A stretch of 64,000 nucleotides of DNA from an uncultured Candidatus Rokubacteria bacterium (lineage in GTDB: Bacteria > Methylomirabilota > Methylomirabilia > Rokubacteriales > DASRDR01), in the NCBI GenBank assembly GCA_963708025.1, contig CAVPSB010000018.1:480001-544000 (forward strand), given 5' to 3'. This document shows, one piece after another, positions 17,070-26,914 of the stretch (position 1 is the stretch's first letter; each line of letters begins with the position of its first letter). The notes beneath the pieces were generated by a model, which saw only the letters and a list, made by a program, of their open reading frames with translations, was not told where the DNA came from and did no database searches. Both the position numbers and the translations under genes were made by a program.

Positions 17070-17828
17070 ATGGGTCGTCTGTCGGACAAAGTTGCCCTGA
17101 TCACGGGGGCGGCCTCGGGCATCGGCCGCGCGACCGCCGAGCGGTTCGCCGAGGAAGGCGCGCGCCTGGTCGTCTCGGACCGGGTGGACGACAAGCTCGC
17201 CGCGACCGCCAAGGTCTTGACGGATGCCGGGGCCTCCCCCCTGTCGATCCACTTGGACGTGACGCGCGAAGAGGAGTGGGTCGCGGCGATCGCGACCATC
17301 GAGCGCCACTTCGGCCGGCTCGACGTGTTGGTCAACAACGCGGGCTACGGGGTGCTGAAGCGGATCGCCGAGACATCCCTCGAGGACTGGCGGAGTATCA
17401 TCGCCGTCAACCTCGACAGCGTCTTCCTCGGTGTGAAGCTCGCGATCCCCCTCATGGCGAGAGGCGGCGGCGGCTCCATCGTGAACGTCTCGTCGATCCG
17501 CGGGCTGGTCGCGGGCGAGGGCTCCGGAGCTTATTGCGCGGCGAAGGCGGGCGTTCATCTCTTCACCAAGGTGGCGGCGCTCGAATGCGCGGCGGAGAAG
17601 AATGGCATTCGGGTGAACTCCGTCCACCCGGGCTTCGTCGATACGCCCCTGACCGCGCCACAGCTCACCAACCAGGAGTGGCAGCGACGAAGCCTCGAGA
17701 AGACCCCGGCCGGACGTCTCGCCACCCCGCGCGAGATCGCCGACGCGATCCTCTATCTGGCCTCCGACGAATCCAGCTTCGTCAACGCCTCGGCCCTGGT
17801 CATCGACGGCGGTTTCACCGCTCGGTAA
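17070..17828 (+). CDS. SDR oxidoreductase (3beta/17beta-HSD or cyclopentanol DH-like)
   Basis: TGAASGIG, YCAAK, VALECA..NGIRVNSVHPG. Confidence 0.93.
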   Translation: MGRLSDKVALITGAASGIGRATAERFAEEGARLVVSDRVDDKLAATAKVLTDAGASPLSIHLDVTREEEWVAAIATIERHFGRLDVLVNNAGYGVLKRIAETSLEDWRSIIAVNLDSVFLGVKLAIPLMARGGGGSIVNVSSIRGLVAGEGSGAYCAAKAGVHLFTKVAALECAAEKNGIRVNSVHPGFVDTPLTAPQLTNQEWQRRSLEKTPAGRLATPREIADAILYLASDESSFVNASALVIDGGFTAR

Positions 17829-17831
17829 GCC

Positions 17832-18213
17832 TCAAGCCGTGGCATCTCCGAGGAAAAACCGCGTGAGGAACTGGGCCGTTTCGCGGGGCGCCTGAATCTG
17901 GGGAAAGTGCCCGGCTCCCGGGATGATGACGGGGTCGACTGGTCGGGGCAGCGTGCGAGCGACCTCGGCGACCACGGGGCCGGCGCCCGGCGAGTCTACG
18001 AGGATGCGCCGGAACCGGTCACCCAGCTGGCGATCGCACCACTGCCAGGAATGATCGAGCCACCCAACTCGTGGAGCAGCACGAGCCGCGGCGCTCCCGT
18101 CGAGCCCCTCGCACCTCGCAGTGCACGTCAACCGCCCCCACTGCTCGACATCGCGCTCTTGTCTCCCTCAGCGAGCTCCCCAACGTCCCCGTGCGAACCG
18201 TGACCGCGTTCAC
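17832..18213 (-). pseudogene. Alpha/beta hydrolase remnant (frameshifted, internally deleted)
   Basis: VHCEVRG..LLHELGG start and IIPGAGHFPQIQAP end; nucleophile region missing. Confidence 0.6.
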
Positions 18214-19250
18214 GCCGCGCCGTCGGGAACGAGCACGAGAGTGCCGAACGCCTCACGCTGCTCCAGCACCCGATGCGCTTCCCCGGCCCGCGCCAGCGGC
18301 AGCGTCTCGTGAACGACCGCCTGCAGATCCCCCTGGGCCGCCAGGTCCAGCACCCGTTCCAGATCGGCGCGGCTCGCCGCGAACGAGCCGATGAGACTGA
18401 TCTGCTTGGCGAAGAGCGGCCAGAGGTCGAGGCTTACCCGTGATCCGGTATGCGCGCCGCACGTGACGAGCCGGCCCATCGGGGCGAGGGAGCGCACGCT
18501 GTCGTCCCAGGTGGCGGCCCCCACGTGCTCGAACACCAGGCTGACCCCCCGCCCGCCCGTGGCCGCGCGAACCTGGCGCCACCAGCCGGGCTGGCTGTGG
18601 TCGATGACGACATCGGCGCCCAGCGCCTTCGCCTTCTCGCGCTTCCCCGCGCTGCCCGCGGTAACCAGAACCCGGGCGCCGTGCCGGCGCGCGATCTGGA
18701 CCGCGTAGACGCCGACACCACTCCCCGCGGCGACGACCAGCACGTCATCCCCGGGCCGCACCTCGGCCCGACGCACGAGCATGTGCCAGGCGGTGGCACC
18801 AGCCGCGGCGATGGCCGCCGCCGTCACGAAGCTCGCCGCCGGCGCCAACCGCAGGAGGCGGCCGGCGGGCGCCACGGCGTACTCGGCGTAACCGCCCTCC
18901 GTGTCGAACCCGAAGACCCGCGCGCCGGCGCAGAGGTTGTCCTCACCACTGCTGCACATGGGGCACGAGCCGCAGTAGAGCACGGGGTTGACCAGGATGC
19001 GGTCCCCGACCTTCCAGTCCGTGACGGCATCCCCGAGGACGGCCACCTCGCCGGCCACCTCGCCCCCCGGGGTGTGCGGGAGGCCACCCTTGCCCTTGAT
19101 CTGGCCGGCCCGCGACAGCAGGTCAGCCCGATTCACGCCGCAGGCCCGCACGCGCACCAGCACCTCGCCCGGGCCCGGCACCGGCACCGGGATGCGGTCC
19201 AGCCGAAGGGCGTCCCAGCTGCCGAATTCATGGAAGCGCACCGCCTGCAT
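18210..19250 (-). CDS. Zinc-binding alcohol dehydrogenase / quinone reductase (MDR)
   Basis: ACGVNRAD, CGSCPMC..C, GGYAEY. Confidence 0.92.
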   Translation of the reverse strand: MQAVRFHEFGSWDALRLDRIPVPVPGPGEVLVRVRACGVNRADLLSRAGQIKGKGGLPHTPGGEVAGEVAVLGDAVTDWKVGDRILVNPVLYCGSCPMCSSGEDNLCAGARVFGFDTEGGYAEYAVAPAGRLLRLAPAASFVTAAAIAAAGATAWHMLVRRAEVRPGDDVLVVAAGSGVGVYAVQIARRHGARVLVTAGSAGKREKAKALGADVVIDHSQPGWWRQVRAATGGRGVSLVFEHVGAATWDDSVRSLAPMGRLVTCGAHTGSRVSLDLWPLFAKQISLIGSFAASRADLERVLDLAAQGDLQAVVHETLPLARAGEAHRVLEQREAFGTLVLVPDGAA

Positions 19251-20152
19251 CAACCTGGCCACGGGGGTCCCTCGCCCGTCTCCACGGCTCCGGCGCCGGT
19301 CCCCTGTCCCGCCCCGGGGTTTCGACTCCAGTAGGGCTGCAGTGACGCCCACGCCTGCCTCGCCTGCTGACCGGGCGGCAGCCGCCGCAGTTCGGCCGAG
19401 AGGACCTCGACGCTGACGACACCGTCGAAGCCGACGGCCGCCATCACCTCGACGAACCCGTCGAGGGGGAAGACGCCCTGGCCCGGCAGGACACGGCGGT
19501 GCCGGCTCTCGTACGCGAGGTCGTCGGTCACTCTTGGGGGCGCGTCGTTGAACTGCAGGTACGCGATCTCATGGCGCTCGAGCTGCCGCAGGCCGTGCCA
19601 CGAGTTGGCTCCGCGAAAGAACATCCACGTGTCCAGGAGCAACCCACATCGATCCCAGCCGAGCGCTGCGCACAACTCCCGCGCCATGTCGAGGGTTGAC
19701 ACCGCCCCGTACGGCAGGAACTCGACCGCGAGTCGCACGCCCGCCTCGTTGAGCACGTCGGCACAGCGAGCGAGTCGGTGCCGCACCGCGGGGCCGGGCG
19801 GGAGATCGATGGCGGTCGCGCAGAGCCTGGCGCCGGTGGCCGTGGCCAGCCCGGCCAGGCGGCGAGCGGCCTCGACTTCCCCGGCCTGCTCGCCGATACG
19901 AAGCACGCCGACATCCGGGCACCTCAGCGCGTAGGCCTCCAGCAGCGCGCTCAGCCTGTGCAGGTCTCCTCCATGGTCGAGATAGTCCTGCACCGAGAAG
20001 TTGTCGAGACCGACGCAGCGGAAGCCCCCGTGGGTGGCGGCATCGAGAACCACGTCGAGGGGGTGCAGCACGCTTGGGACCGGCACGCTCTCGGCACCGG
20101 TCATCCCGGGTAGGAGCACGGTGTTCAAGGCCGGGAACGACAGTTCGGCCAT
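19250..20152 (-). CDS. Sugar phosphate isomerase/epimerase (TIM barrel, AP endonuclease 2 family)
   Basis: LAVEFLP, LLDTW, QFND, RVLPGQG, SVEVLS. Confidence 0.88.
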   Translation of the reverse strand: MAELSFPALNTVLLPGMTGAESVPVPSVLHPLDVVLDAATHGGFRCVGLDNFSVQDYLDHGGDLHRLSALLEAYALRCPDVGVLRIGEQAGEVEAARRLAGLATATGARLCATAIDLPPGPAVRHRLARCADVLNEAGVRLAVEFLPYGAVSTLDMARELCAALGWDRCGLLLDTWMFFRGANSWHGLRQLERHEIAYLQFNDAPPRVTDDLAYESRHRRVLPGQGVFPLDGFVEVMAAVGFDGVVSVEVLSAELRRLPPGQQARQAWASLQPYWSRNPGAGQGTGAGAVETGEGPPWPG

Positions 20153-20472
20153 CAGCTCCGGAAGAGCTCCACCTCTTCTCCCATGACGGCGATCCGGCGC
20201 CCCCGCATGTCCCCCACGTGCGCGACCGCCGCGGCCCACTCCGGGCTCTTCAGCGCCCGCTGGAGATCCTCGGCCGAGTCGAAGCTCAGGCACGACAGGC
20301 CGTCCCAGCCCTCGGAGCGAGGCTCGAAAGCGCGGTCGATGGCCGTGTGTCGCCAGGCCCGCAGCCCCGGCAGACGGTACGTCAGCTCGGCGTGCGGCCC
20401 CCGCCACCAGGTGATGAACTGCTCGTGACTCCAGTCCGCCGGACGGGCCGCCAAGAGAACGAGGTTGTACAT
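20152..20472 (-). CDS. EthD-family protein
   Basis: EQFITWWRGPHAEL..LPGLR..WDG..FDSAEDL. Confidence 0.85.
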   Translation of the reverse strand: MYNLVLLAARPADWSHEQFITWWRGPHAELTYRLPGLRAWRHTAIDRAFEPRSEGWDGLSCLSFDSAEDLQRALKSPEWAAAVAHVGDMRGRRIAVMGEEVELFRS

Positions 20473-20526
20473 CTCTGGTCCCCTCCATGCTGTGCGGTGG
20501 CTAGGCTCCGGCTATCGCCCTTCGGA

Positions 20527-21381
20527 TCAGCGGTGGCGGCTCGTTGTCACGTCGTCCGCCTCGCGTCTGGTGGGCGGCCGGCCACGGCGCGGCACGCCGG
20601 GCTCGCAGTAGAAGCTGACGTAGCGCGCGATGCGGCCGTCGTCGTCGAGGCTCAGGCTCGAGATGAAGCCGCCCGTTCCCCCGCCCGGCAGATCCTCCAC
20701 GACGCCTTCCAGCAGGCAGTTCGGCCCACGCTGGAGACAGACCTCGATCCGGTGCGTGAAGCTGCGCTTGCCCCGGGCCTCGAACGCGGCGAGGAGCTCG
20801 TGATGACCACGGAACTCGACCCGCCGGTTGCTGGTGATGCCGGTGTGCCGGTACGGAGGATGCGAGTAGAGCACGTCGTGGCTGAAGCAGTGCACGGCCT
20901 CGACGAACGCTCCGCGGTCGAGCGCCGCGAAGTATCGATGCAGCACCTCGGCGGCGTCGGCCGAGGCGCCGGCCGGAGCCTCCACCCGCGGGCCGGGCGC
21001 GACCGCGGGCGTACACATGTACGCGAGGTACCGCTCCATCAGGCCGGTGCCGTCGAGCTGAAGGCTGGCAGTGAACGTGGCCGAGGCCTCGCCGGTCGGC
21101 GCGTCGCGCACCACGCCCTCGACTAGGCACGACGCGCCGTCGCTGACACACAGGAGGACCTCGTGCCGACGGGGCTGGACCCCCCGCTCCTCGAACAGCG
21201 CCCTCAGCGCGCTTCGACCTTCCACTTCGTTGCGCGGATCCACTTCGTGCGCGCCGCGCCGCGGCACGGCGTACCGAACATCGCTCGAGAAGCTGTTCGC
21301 CGCGTCGTCGAATCGGCCGTTGTCGAGCGCGGTGTAGTAGGTGGCGAGCCGTTCCGGCACTGCATCGCCGAGCGTGGTCAT
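20527..21381 (-). CDS. Tandem SnoaL/NTF2-like domain protein
   Basis: Two repeats: YYTALDNGRFD..FSSDV and YFAALDRGAF..FSHDV, each with CL(V/L)EGVV. Confidence 0.82.
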   Translation of the reverse strand: MTTLGDAVPERLATYYTALDNGRFDDAANSFSSDVRYAVPRRGAHEVDPRNEVEGRSALRALFEERGVQPRRHEVLLCVSDGASCLVEGVVRDAPTGEASATFTASLQLDGTGLMERYLAYMCTPAVAPGPRVEAPAGASADAAEVLHRYFAALDRGAFVEAVHCFSHDVLYSHPPYRHTGITSNRRVEFRGHHELLAAFEARGKRSFTHRIEVCLQRGPNCLLEGVVEDLPGGGTGGFISSLSLDDDGRIARYVSFYCEPGVPRRGRPPTRREADDVTTSRHR

Positions 21382-22562
21382 GGCATCTCCTTCTTGGGAC
21401 GCGACCCCGGTGTGGATGCCCAGGGACCGGCCAGCTCCGATCGACCCGGCCACCCCTGTGCCTCGCCGGCCTCCGGGGTTCCGCCGCCGCCGCCGGTGCG
21501 CAGACGATCCCGCAACGCGGCCCCCAGCGCCCGGTGGTGGCGGCGCTGGTCCCCCCAGGCCGCCTGCAGGGTGAGCGCACGCTTGAGGTAGAGATGAAGG
21601 TCCAGCTCTTCCGTGAACCCGATCCCCCCGTGGACTTGCAAGGCGCTCTCGACGGCCTGCCGCCCGCTGCGCGAGGCGTAGGCCTTCGCGATGCGCGCGA
21701 TCCGGGCCGCTTCCGGGCCGACCTGCTTCGCCAGGAGCACCTGGCTCAGATAGCAGATGCTGCGCAGCGTCCGGCACCGCATCGCCACGTCAGCCAGCTC
21801 GTGCTGCACGGCCTGAAAGCTGCCGATGGGGCGACCGAACTGCGTCCGCTGCCGCGCGTACTCGACGGACATGTCCAGCACCCGCTCGCCGATACCGAGG
21901 AGCTCTGCGGCCACCATGGCCCAGGCGTGCATCTCGACGGAACCGAGAAGGGCCCGCGCCGGCTCCCCACGGGCCAGGACGCCATTCACCGCGGCTCCGT
22001 CCGCCGAGATCACGCACGGCCGGTCGGCGCAGTCCGCGCTCGGCAGGCGGCGGATCGTGAGCCCCGGCGCCGGCGGCTGCACCGCGACGACGACCGGCGC
22101 CTCGCCGTCCCACGCGACGAGCACCAGCCAGTCCGCGACGTCGGCGAACGGGGCCACGACCGCACGGCCGGTGAGTGCGCCACGCGCCACGGTCAGTCGG
22201 TCGGCCGGGCCTTTGACCGGACCGCCGGGACGGCCCATCGCGATGACCGGGGCGTCCCCCCGAAGCCCACCGCACCGCTGCAGCACCGGACGCCAGAACA
22301 TGGTCTCGAACACCGGGCCCGGAAAGAGCGCCCGCCCGACCTCCTCCAGCAGGGCGCCCGCCTCCACCGCTCCGAGACCCGGCCCGCCCTCGGACTCGGG
22401 CACCAGGAGGTCGAACCAGCCGAGCCGTGCCGCCTCGAACCACCGCTCCCGCGGGAAGCCGTCCCGAAGGGACCGCAGCGCCTCGGATGTCCACGCGTCC
22501 GTCAGGAAGGCGCGAGCGGCGGCCGCCACCTGGCGCTGGACGTCGTTTCGCTCGAGCGCCAT
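21378..22562 (-). CDS. Acyl-CoA dehydrogenase (short beta-type subunit)
   Basis: RTQFGRPIGSFQAVQH, QVHGGIGFT. Confidence 0.9.
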   Translation of the reverse strand: MALERNDVQRQVAAAARAFLTDAWTSEALRSLRDGFPRERWFEAARLGWFDLLVPESEGGPGLGAVEAGALLEEVGRALFPGPVFETMFWRPVLQRCGGLRGDAPVIAMGRPGGPVKGPADRLTVARGALTGRAVVAPFADVADWLVLVAWDGEAPVVVAVQPPAPGLTIRRLPSADCADRPCVISADGAAVNGVLARGEPARALLGSVEMHAWAMVAAELLGIGERVLDMSVEYARQRTQFGRPIGSFQAVQHELADVAMRCRTLRSICYLSQVLLAKQVGPEAARIARIAKAYASRSGRQAVESALQVHGGIGFTEELDLHLYLKRALTLQAAWGDQRRHHRALGAALRDRLRTGGGGGTPEAGEAQGWPGRSELAGPWASTPGSRPKKEMP

Positions 22563-22567
22563 CGTGC

Positions 22568-23728
22568 CTATCCCCGGGGGAGCCCCAGCAGCCGCTGGGC
22601 GACGATCGTCCGCTGGATCTGCGAGGTGCCTCCGTAGATGGACGCCGCCCGCGAGAAGAGATAGTCGTGGAGCCACCGGGCGCGGTCCAGGACCGAGCCG
22701 TCGAGCGCGGTGGCGGTGCGCGGGTCCTCCAGGAGCTCCAGCGCCAGCGCGAAGAGCCCCTGGTCGGTCTCCGTCAGCAGGAGCTTCTCGATGGAGGTCT
22801 CCTCGCCGAGCGCCCCATCCCGGATCCGATCGACGGTCCGGTAGCCCTGGGCCTGCATCACTTCTACGAGCACCTCGCATTCGCCGAGCCGCTCCAGCAC
22901 GGTCGCGTCGTCCAGGTCCGGGTGGTCCTCGTCGAGGAGTTGCTGCATCAGCTCGTCCAGGGCCACCCGGAACTCGACCTGGCGCCGGAGCGCCGCCGGA
23001 CCCCGCTCGTGCTGGAGGGTGTCCATGGTCACCGCCCAGCCGCCATGAAGCGGGCCCAGCACATTCTCCAGCGGGACGCGGACCTCGTCCAGGAAGATCT
23101 CGCTGAATTCCTCGTCGCCGGTCATCTGGACGATGGGCCGGACGGTGATGCCGGGACTCCGCATGTTCACCAGGAGGTAGCTGATCCCCGCGTGCCGGGG
23201 GCGGTCGGGATCGGTGCGGGCAAGGACGGCGCACCACTCGGCGTACTGAGCCCACGTGGTCCAGACCTTGTGGCCGGTCACCACGAGCGCGTCGCCGTCC
23301 GCGGTCGCCCGGGTCCGGAGCGACGCCAGGTCGGAGCCCGCGCCCGGCTCCGAGAACCCCTGGCACCACAGCTCGTCGCCGCGCAGGAGCGGGGCGACGT
23401 GCCGGCGCCGCTGCGCCTCGGTTCCGAAGCCCAGGATCGTCGGACCCACGACCTCCAGGCTGACGAGTCCGACCGGCGGCGGCGCCTTGGCCCGGGCCAT
23501 CTCCTGGTTGAAGATGATCTGGTCGATGGCCGAGCCGCCCTGCCCCCCGTACTCGCGCGGCCAGCCGAGGCCCACCCAGCCGGCATCGTAGAGCTGCCGC
23601 TGCCAGGCGCGCAGCACCCGGTGCCGGCCGGCCAGGTCCTTCGGAAGCAGGCCGGGGCGGTTCCGCGCCAGCCAGTCGCGGGCGCTGACACGGAGCGCTT
23701 CCTGCTCGGGCGTGAACGAGAGGTCCGA
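22568..23728 (-). CDS. Acyl-CoA dehydrogenase (alpha-type subunit); expected start codon reads TCG
   Basis: WCQGFSEPGAGSDLAS, KVWTT, SIYGGTSQIQR. Confidence 0.88.
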   Translation of the reverse strand, partial: SDLSFTPEQEALRVSARDWLARNRPGLLPKDLAGRHRVLRAWQRQLYDAGWVGLGWPREYGGQGGSAIDQIIFNQEMARAKAPPPVGLVSLEVVGPTILGFGTEAQRRRHVAPLLRGDELWCQGFSEPGAGSDLASLRTRATADGDALVVTGHKVWTTWAQYAEWCAVLARTDPDRPRHAGISYLLVNMRSPGITVRPIVQMTGDEEFSEIFLDEVRVPLENVLGPLHGGWAVTMDTLQHERGPAALRRQVEFRVALDELMQQLLDEDHPDLDDATVLERLGECEVLVEVMQAQGYRTVDRIRDGALGEETSIEKLLLTETDQGLFALALELLEDPRTATALDGSVLDRARWLHDYLFSRAASIYGGTSQIQRTIVAQRLLGLPRG

Positions 23729-23742
23729 GGGATCCCCCTGGA

Positions 23743-24933
23743 TCAGCCGCGCGTCGCGATCACCGTGGAGCTGGCGCCGAAGAGGCCGTAGACCTGGCTG
23801 AGTCCGGCGTTGGCGCCGCCGACTTGACGGCCGCCCGCCTGGCCCGAGAGCTGCCACACCAGCTCGCACACCTGCGCCAGCCCCTGGGCGGCCACCGCCT
23901 CGCTCAGCGACGAGAGCCCCCCGCTGGGGCACACCGGCAGCGTACCGCCGATCCGCAGCGCCCCGGCCCGGAGCAGCGCCTCGGCCTTGCCGGGCTCGCA
24001 CAGATCGAGGGCTTCCAGGTAGGCGAGGACGTGCCACGCGGAATTGTCCGGCAACTCGACGAAGTCGATCTCCCGGGGACCGAGGCTGGCGGCCTCGTAG
24101 GCTCGGACGGCGGCCTGCCGACTCTCGCTCAGCGACGGACCACGCTTGCCGGTGGCCGCGGCCAGCATCGGCATCCGGATGCTCGGATCGTCGAAGACGG
24201 CGGTGCCGATGGTGGCGGCCCGCAGGTGCACCCCGGTGCTGCCGCGCTCCCGGGCGACCCGATCGCGGCAGAGCACCACGGCGGCCGCCCCGTCACCGGT
24301 GGCGCACAGCTCGAGCAGGCGCAGTGGGTCACACACCATGGGCGAGGCCAGCACTTCCTCGAGGGTGAAGCGCTTGCGGAAGCGCGCCAGCGTGTTCAGG
24401 CTGCCGTGCTCGCTGAGGAGCACCTTGACGGCGGCCAGGTCTTCCGCGGTAGTGCCGTACTCCGCCATGCGGCGCCGGCACTCCAGGGCCCAGTAGGCCG
24501 GGTTCGAGGCGCCCACCGCCTTCCAGCGCAGATCGTCAACGTCGAGCGGCAGCTTGACCACTCCGGGCACCTGGGGAAGAAAGCCGTCGGGAGACTTGTC
24601 CACGCCCACTGCAACGGCGATGTCCACGGAGCCCGAGGCGATCTCCAGATAGGCGCTGCGGAGCGCCGTCCCGGCACTCGCGCAGGCCGCGAAGCTGTTG
24701 GTGACCGGCACGCCGGTCTCTCCGAGCGCGTAGACGAGCTGGTTCCCGGCCATCGCGCCCGGCAGCCCACCCCAGATGTGGATACTCGCACCGAGGAAGC
24801 CGACCTCCCGCCACAGGATGCCGGCGTGTCCCAGGGCGCGCTGCACGGCGTCCACCCCCAGGTCGATGAAGGTCTTGTCCGGGAATTTCCCCCAGGGGTG
24901 CATCCCCACGCCCATGACGACCACCGCGCTCAT
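23743..24933 (-). CDS. SCP-x/BbsB-like thiolase (lipid-transfer protein type)
   Basis: GMHPWGK, AACASAG, PLRLLELCATGDGAAA, SGGL..EAVAAQ. Confidence 0.9.
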   Translation of the reverse strand: MSAVVVMGVGMHPWGKFPDKTFIDLGVDAVQRALGHAGILWREVGFLGASIHIWGGLPGAMAGNQLVYALGETGVPVTNSFAACASAGTALRSAYLEIASGSVDIAVAVGVDKSPDGFLPQVPGVVKLPLDVDDLRWKAVGASNPAYWALECRRRMAEYGTTAEDLAAVKVLLSEHGSLNTLARFRKRFTLEEVLASPMVCDPLRLLELCATGDGAAAVVLCRDRVARERGSTGVHLRAATIGTAVFDDPSIRMPMLAAATGKRGPSLSESRQAAVRAYEAASLGPREIDFVELPDNSAWHVLAYLEALDLCEPGKAEALLRAGALRIGGTLPVCPSGGLSSLSEAVAAQGLAQVCELVWQLSGQAGGRQVGGANAGLSQVYGLFGASSTVIATRG

Positions 24934-25385
24934 GGCCGGCCTTCCCGCGCCAGCTCGAATCCCCAGCCGATCACGTCACGACCCCGCTCGTCCCGGTAGA
25001 GGGAGGCCGGACGCAGCGTCGCCGCCGTGCCGATCCGCATCTCGCCCCCGTCCCAGCCCAGCACCTGGCCCAGCACGCCGATCCCCAGGTCGTACTCCAC
25101 GAGGACGATGGGGATGGGCACGAAGGGCGTCCGCTGGCCGAAGGGACCGGGCGGCGGATAGTGCTGCACCGTGTAGCTCACGAGCCGGCCTGTCCCCTCC
25201 AGGTGTTCGGTCGCCGTCGCCACCTGGACGCAGTCGGGATTCTTGCACCACTCCCGCCGGGGAAAAGAGACGTCGCGGCACTTGGGGCAGACCGACACGA
25301 TGAGCCGGATGCCATCCCCCCCGGCTGTCCAGTCGAGGAGGCCCTCGGCGACGAATACCCGCGCGTCAGCCACCGCTCGGCCCAC
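24930..25385 (-). CDS. DUF35 Zn-ribbon/OB-fold thiolase partner
   Basis: CPKC..FP..CKNPDC, YTVQHYPPP. Confidence 0.9.
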   Translation of the reverse strand: MGRAVADARVFVAEGLLDWTAGGDGIRLIVSVCPKCRDVSFPRREWCKNPDCVQVATATEHLEGTGRLVSYTVQHYPPPGPFGQRTPFVPIPIVLVEYDLGIGVLGQVLGWDGGEMRIGTAATLRPASLYRDERGRDVIGWGFELAREGRP

Positions 25386-26904
25386 CTTCCTGCGCGATCC
25401 GCTGCCGCAGGAGCTTCTTGTCGACCTTGCCGAACTCGGTCTTGGGCAAGCGATCCACGAGCTGGAGGAACTCGGGCCACTTGTACTTGGCCATGCCCTG
25501 GCCCTCCAGGTGGGCGACCAGCTCCGCCAGGCTGGGCTGCTGGCCCGGCCGCGGCACCAGGACGGCGCAGATGCGCTCCCCCAGCCGCGGATCCGGGCGC
25601 CCCACGACCGCGACCTCCAGCACGGCCGGGTGCCGGCTCAGGGCCAGCTCCACCTCCGCCGGGTCCATGTTGAGCCCCCCGCGGATGATCTGATCCTTCA
25701 CCCGGCCCACGATGCGGACGAACCCCTCCTCGTCTCGCACGAGGAGGTCGCCGGTGAGCAAGGCGCCGTCGGGGGTCATCTTCGTCTGCTCGGCGCCGAG
25801 CCCGGGCACGTACCCCCTGAAGAGCGACGGCCCCCGCACACCCGCCTGCCCGACCTGCCCGCGCGGCAGCACGCGGCCGTTCTCGTCGTAGGCCTCCAGC
25901 GTGGTGCCCGGGAATGGCACGCCGTCGTAATGGAGCTTGCGCTCGGGCGGGTCGGAGAGACGCGGCGACGCGTGACCGAGGCACTCGGACATGCCGAACA
26001 TGCGCAACGCCTCGAGGCCCAGCCGCTCCTTCGCGAGCTGGATCAGCTCCGCGGAGTTGGCGCTGCCGCCCACGGCCATGGCCCTCATGGAGGTGAGCGG
26101 CTGGGTCCACTGCCCCGAACGCGCCAGCTCGACCATGGCGTGCAGGTGAGAGGGGACGCCCATGGCCCAGGCGCAGCCGTGCTCGGTGATGAGCTCCAGG
26201 GCGCGCCGCGGATCCCACTCGCTCATGATGACGAGCGGAAACCCGTACGCCAGGGACATGTGGCCGTTGAAGGTCCAGCCGGGCGCCGAGCCGAACGGAG
26301 AGATGTTGAGGATGGGTTCCCCGGGCTGGACCCCGGCGATGGCGGCGCACGCCTTGGCGGCGTAGTTGAGAGCGCTGGCGCCGTGCTGCACCGCCTTCGG
26401 CACGCCGGTCGTCCCGGCGGTGAACCCGATGAGGCTCAGCGGGTCTTCCTCGTCCGGCGTCGCCCGGCCGGCGGCCGGTAGCGTCCCCGCGCGGCCCCAC
26501 TGCACGTACAGCGGCCCGTCCACGCTCGGAAGGGCAGCGCCCTCGCCGCGCTCCCGGGAGATCATGGCCATCGGGGCCAGCCGCTCGATGATCACCCGGC
26601 GGTCGTTCCGGTCGAGCTTCGGACTCTGGGGGCAGAAGACGGCGCCGAGCCGGGAGACGGCCAGCCCCACGACGAGGCTGTCGACCGAGTTGTGCGCCTC
26701 GGCCAGGATCCGATGACCCTGGCCGACCCCGTGGGCCGACAGGAGCCCGGCCAGCTCCTCGGAACGCTGGGCCAGCTCCCGGCGCCTCGCCCGCCGTGGA
26801 CCCGCGATGGCCGCGACGGCCTCCGGCTGCGCCGCCAGGAGTTCCGAGAACAGCGTCCAGAGCCCATCGGTCCGCCACGCGATGCCGTCAGCCTTGTGCT
26901 CCAT
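25366..26904 (-). CDS. AMP-binding acyl-CoA synthetase (cyclohexanecarboxylate-CoA ligase-like)
   Basis: FTAGTTGVPK, FGMSE, TGD, GRVKDQIIRGG, YKWPE..PKT..GKV. Confidence 0.92.
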   Translation of the reverse strand: MEHKADGIAWRTDGLWTLFSELLAAQPEAVAAIAGPRRARRRELAQRSEELAGLLSAHGVGQGHRILAEAHNSVDSLVVGLAVSRLGAVFCPQSPKLDRNDRRVIIERLAPMAMISRERGEGAALPSVDGPLYVQWGRAGTLPAAGRATPDEEDPLSLIGFTAGTTGVPKAVQHGASALNYAAKACAAIAGVQPGEPILNISPFGSAPGWTFNGHMSLAYGFPLVIMSEWDPRRALELITEHGCAWAMGVPSHLHAMVELARSGQWTQPLTSMRAMAVGGSANSAELIQLAKERLGLEALRMFGMSECLGHASPRLSDPPERKLHYDGVPFPGTTLEAYDENGRVLPRGQVGQAGVRGPSLFRGYVPGLGAEQTKMTPDGALLTGDLLVRDEEGFVRIVGRVKDQIIRGGLNMDPAEVELALSRHPAVLEVAVVGRPDPRLGERICAVLVPRPGQQPSLAELVAHLEGQGMAKYKWPEFLQLVDRLPKTEFGKVDKKLLRQRIAQEGGPSGG

Positions 26905-26914
26905 CGGCGTTCCC

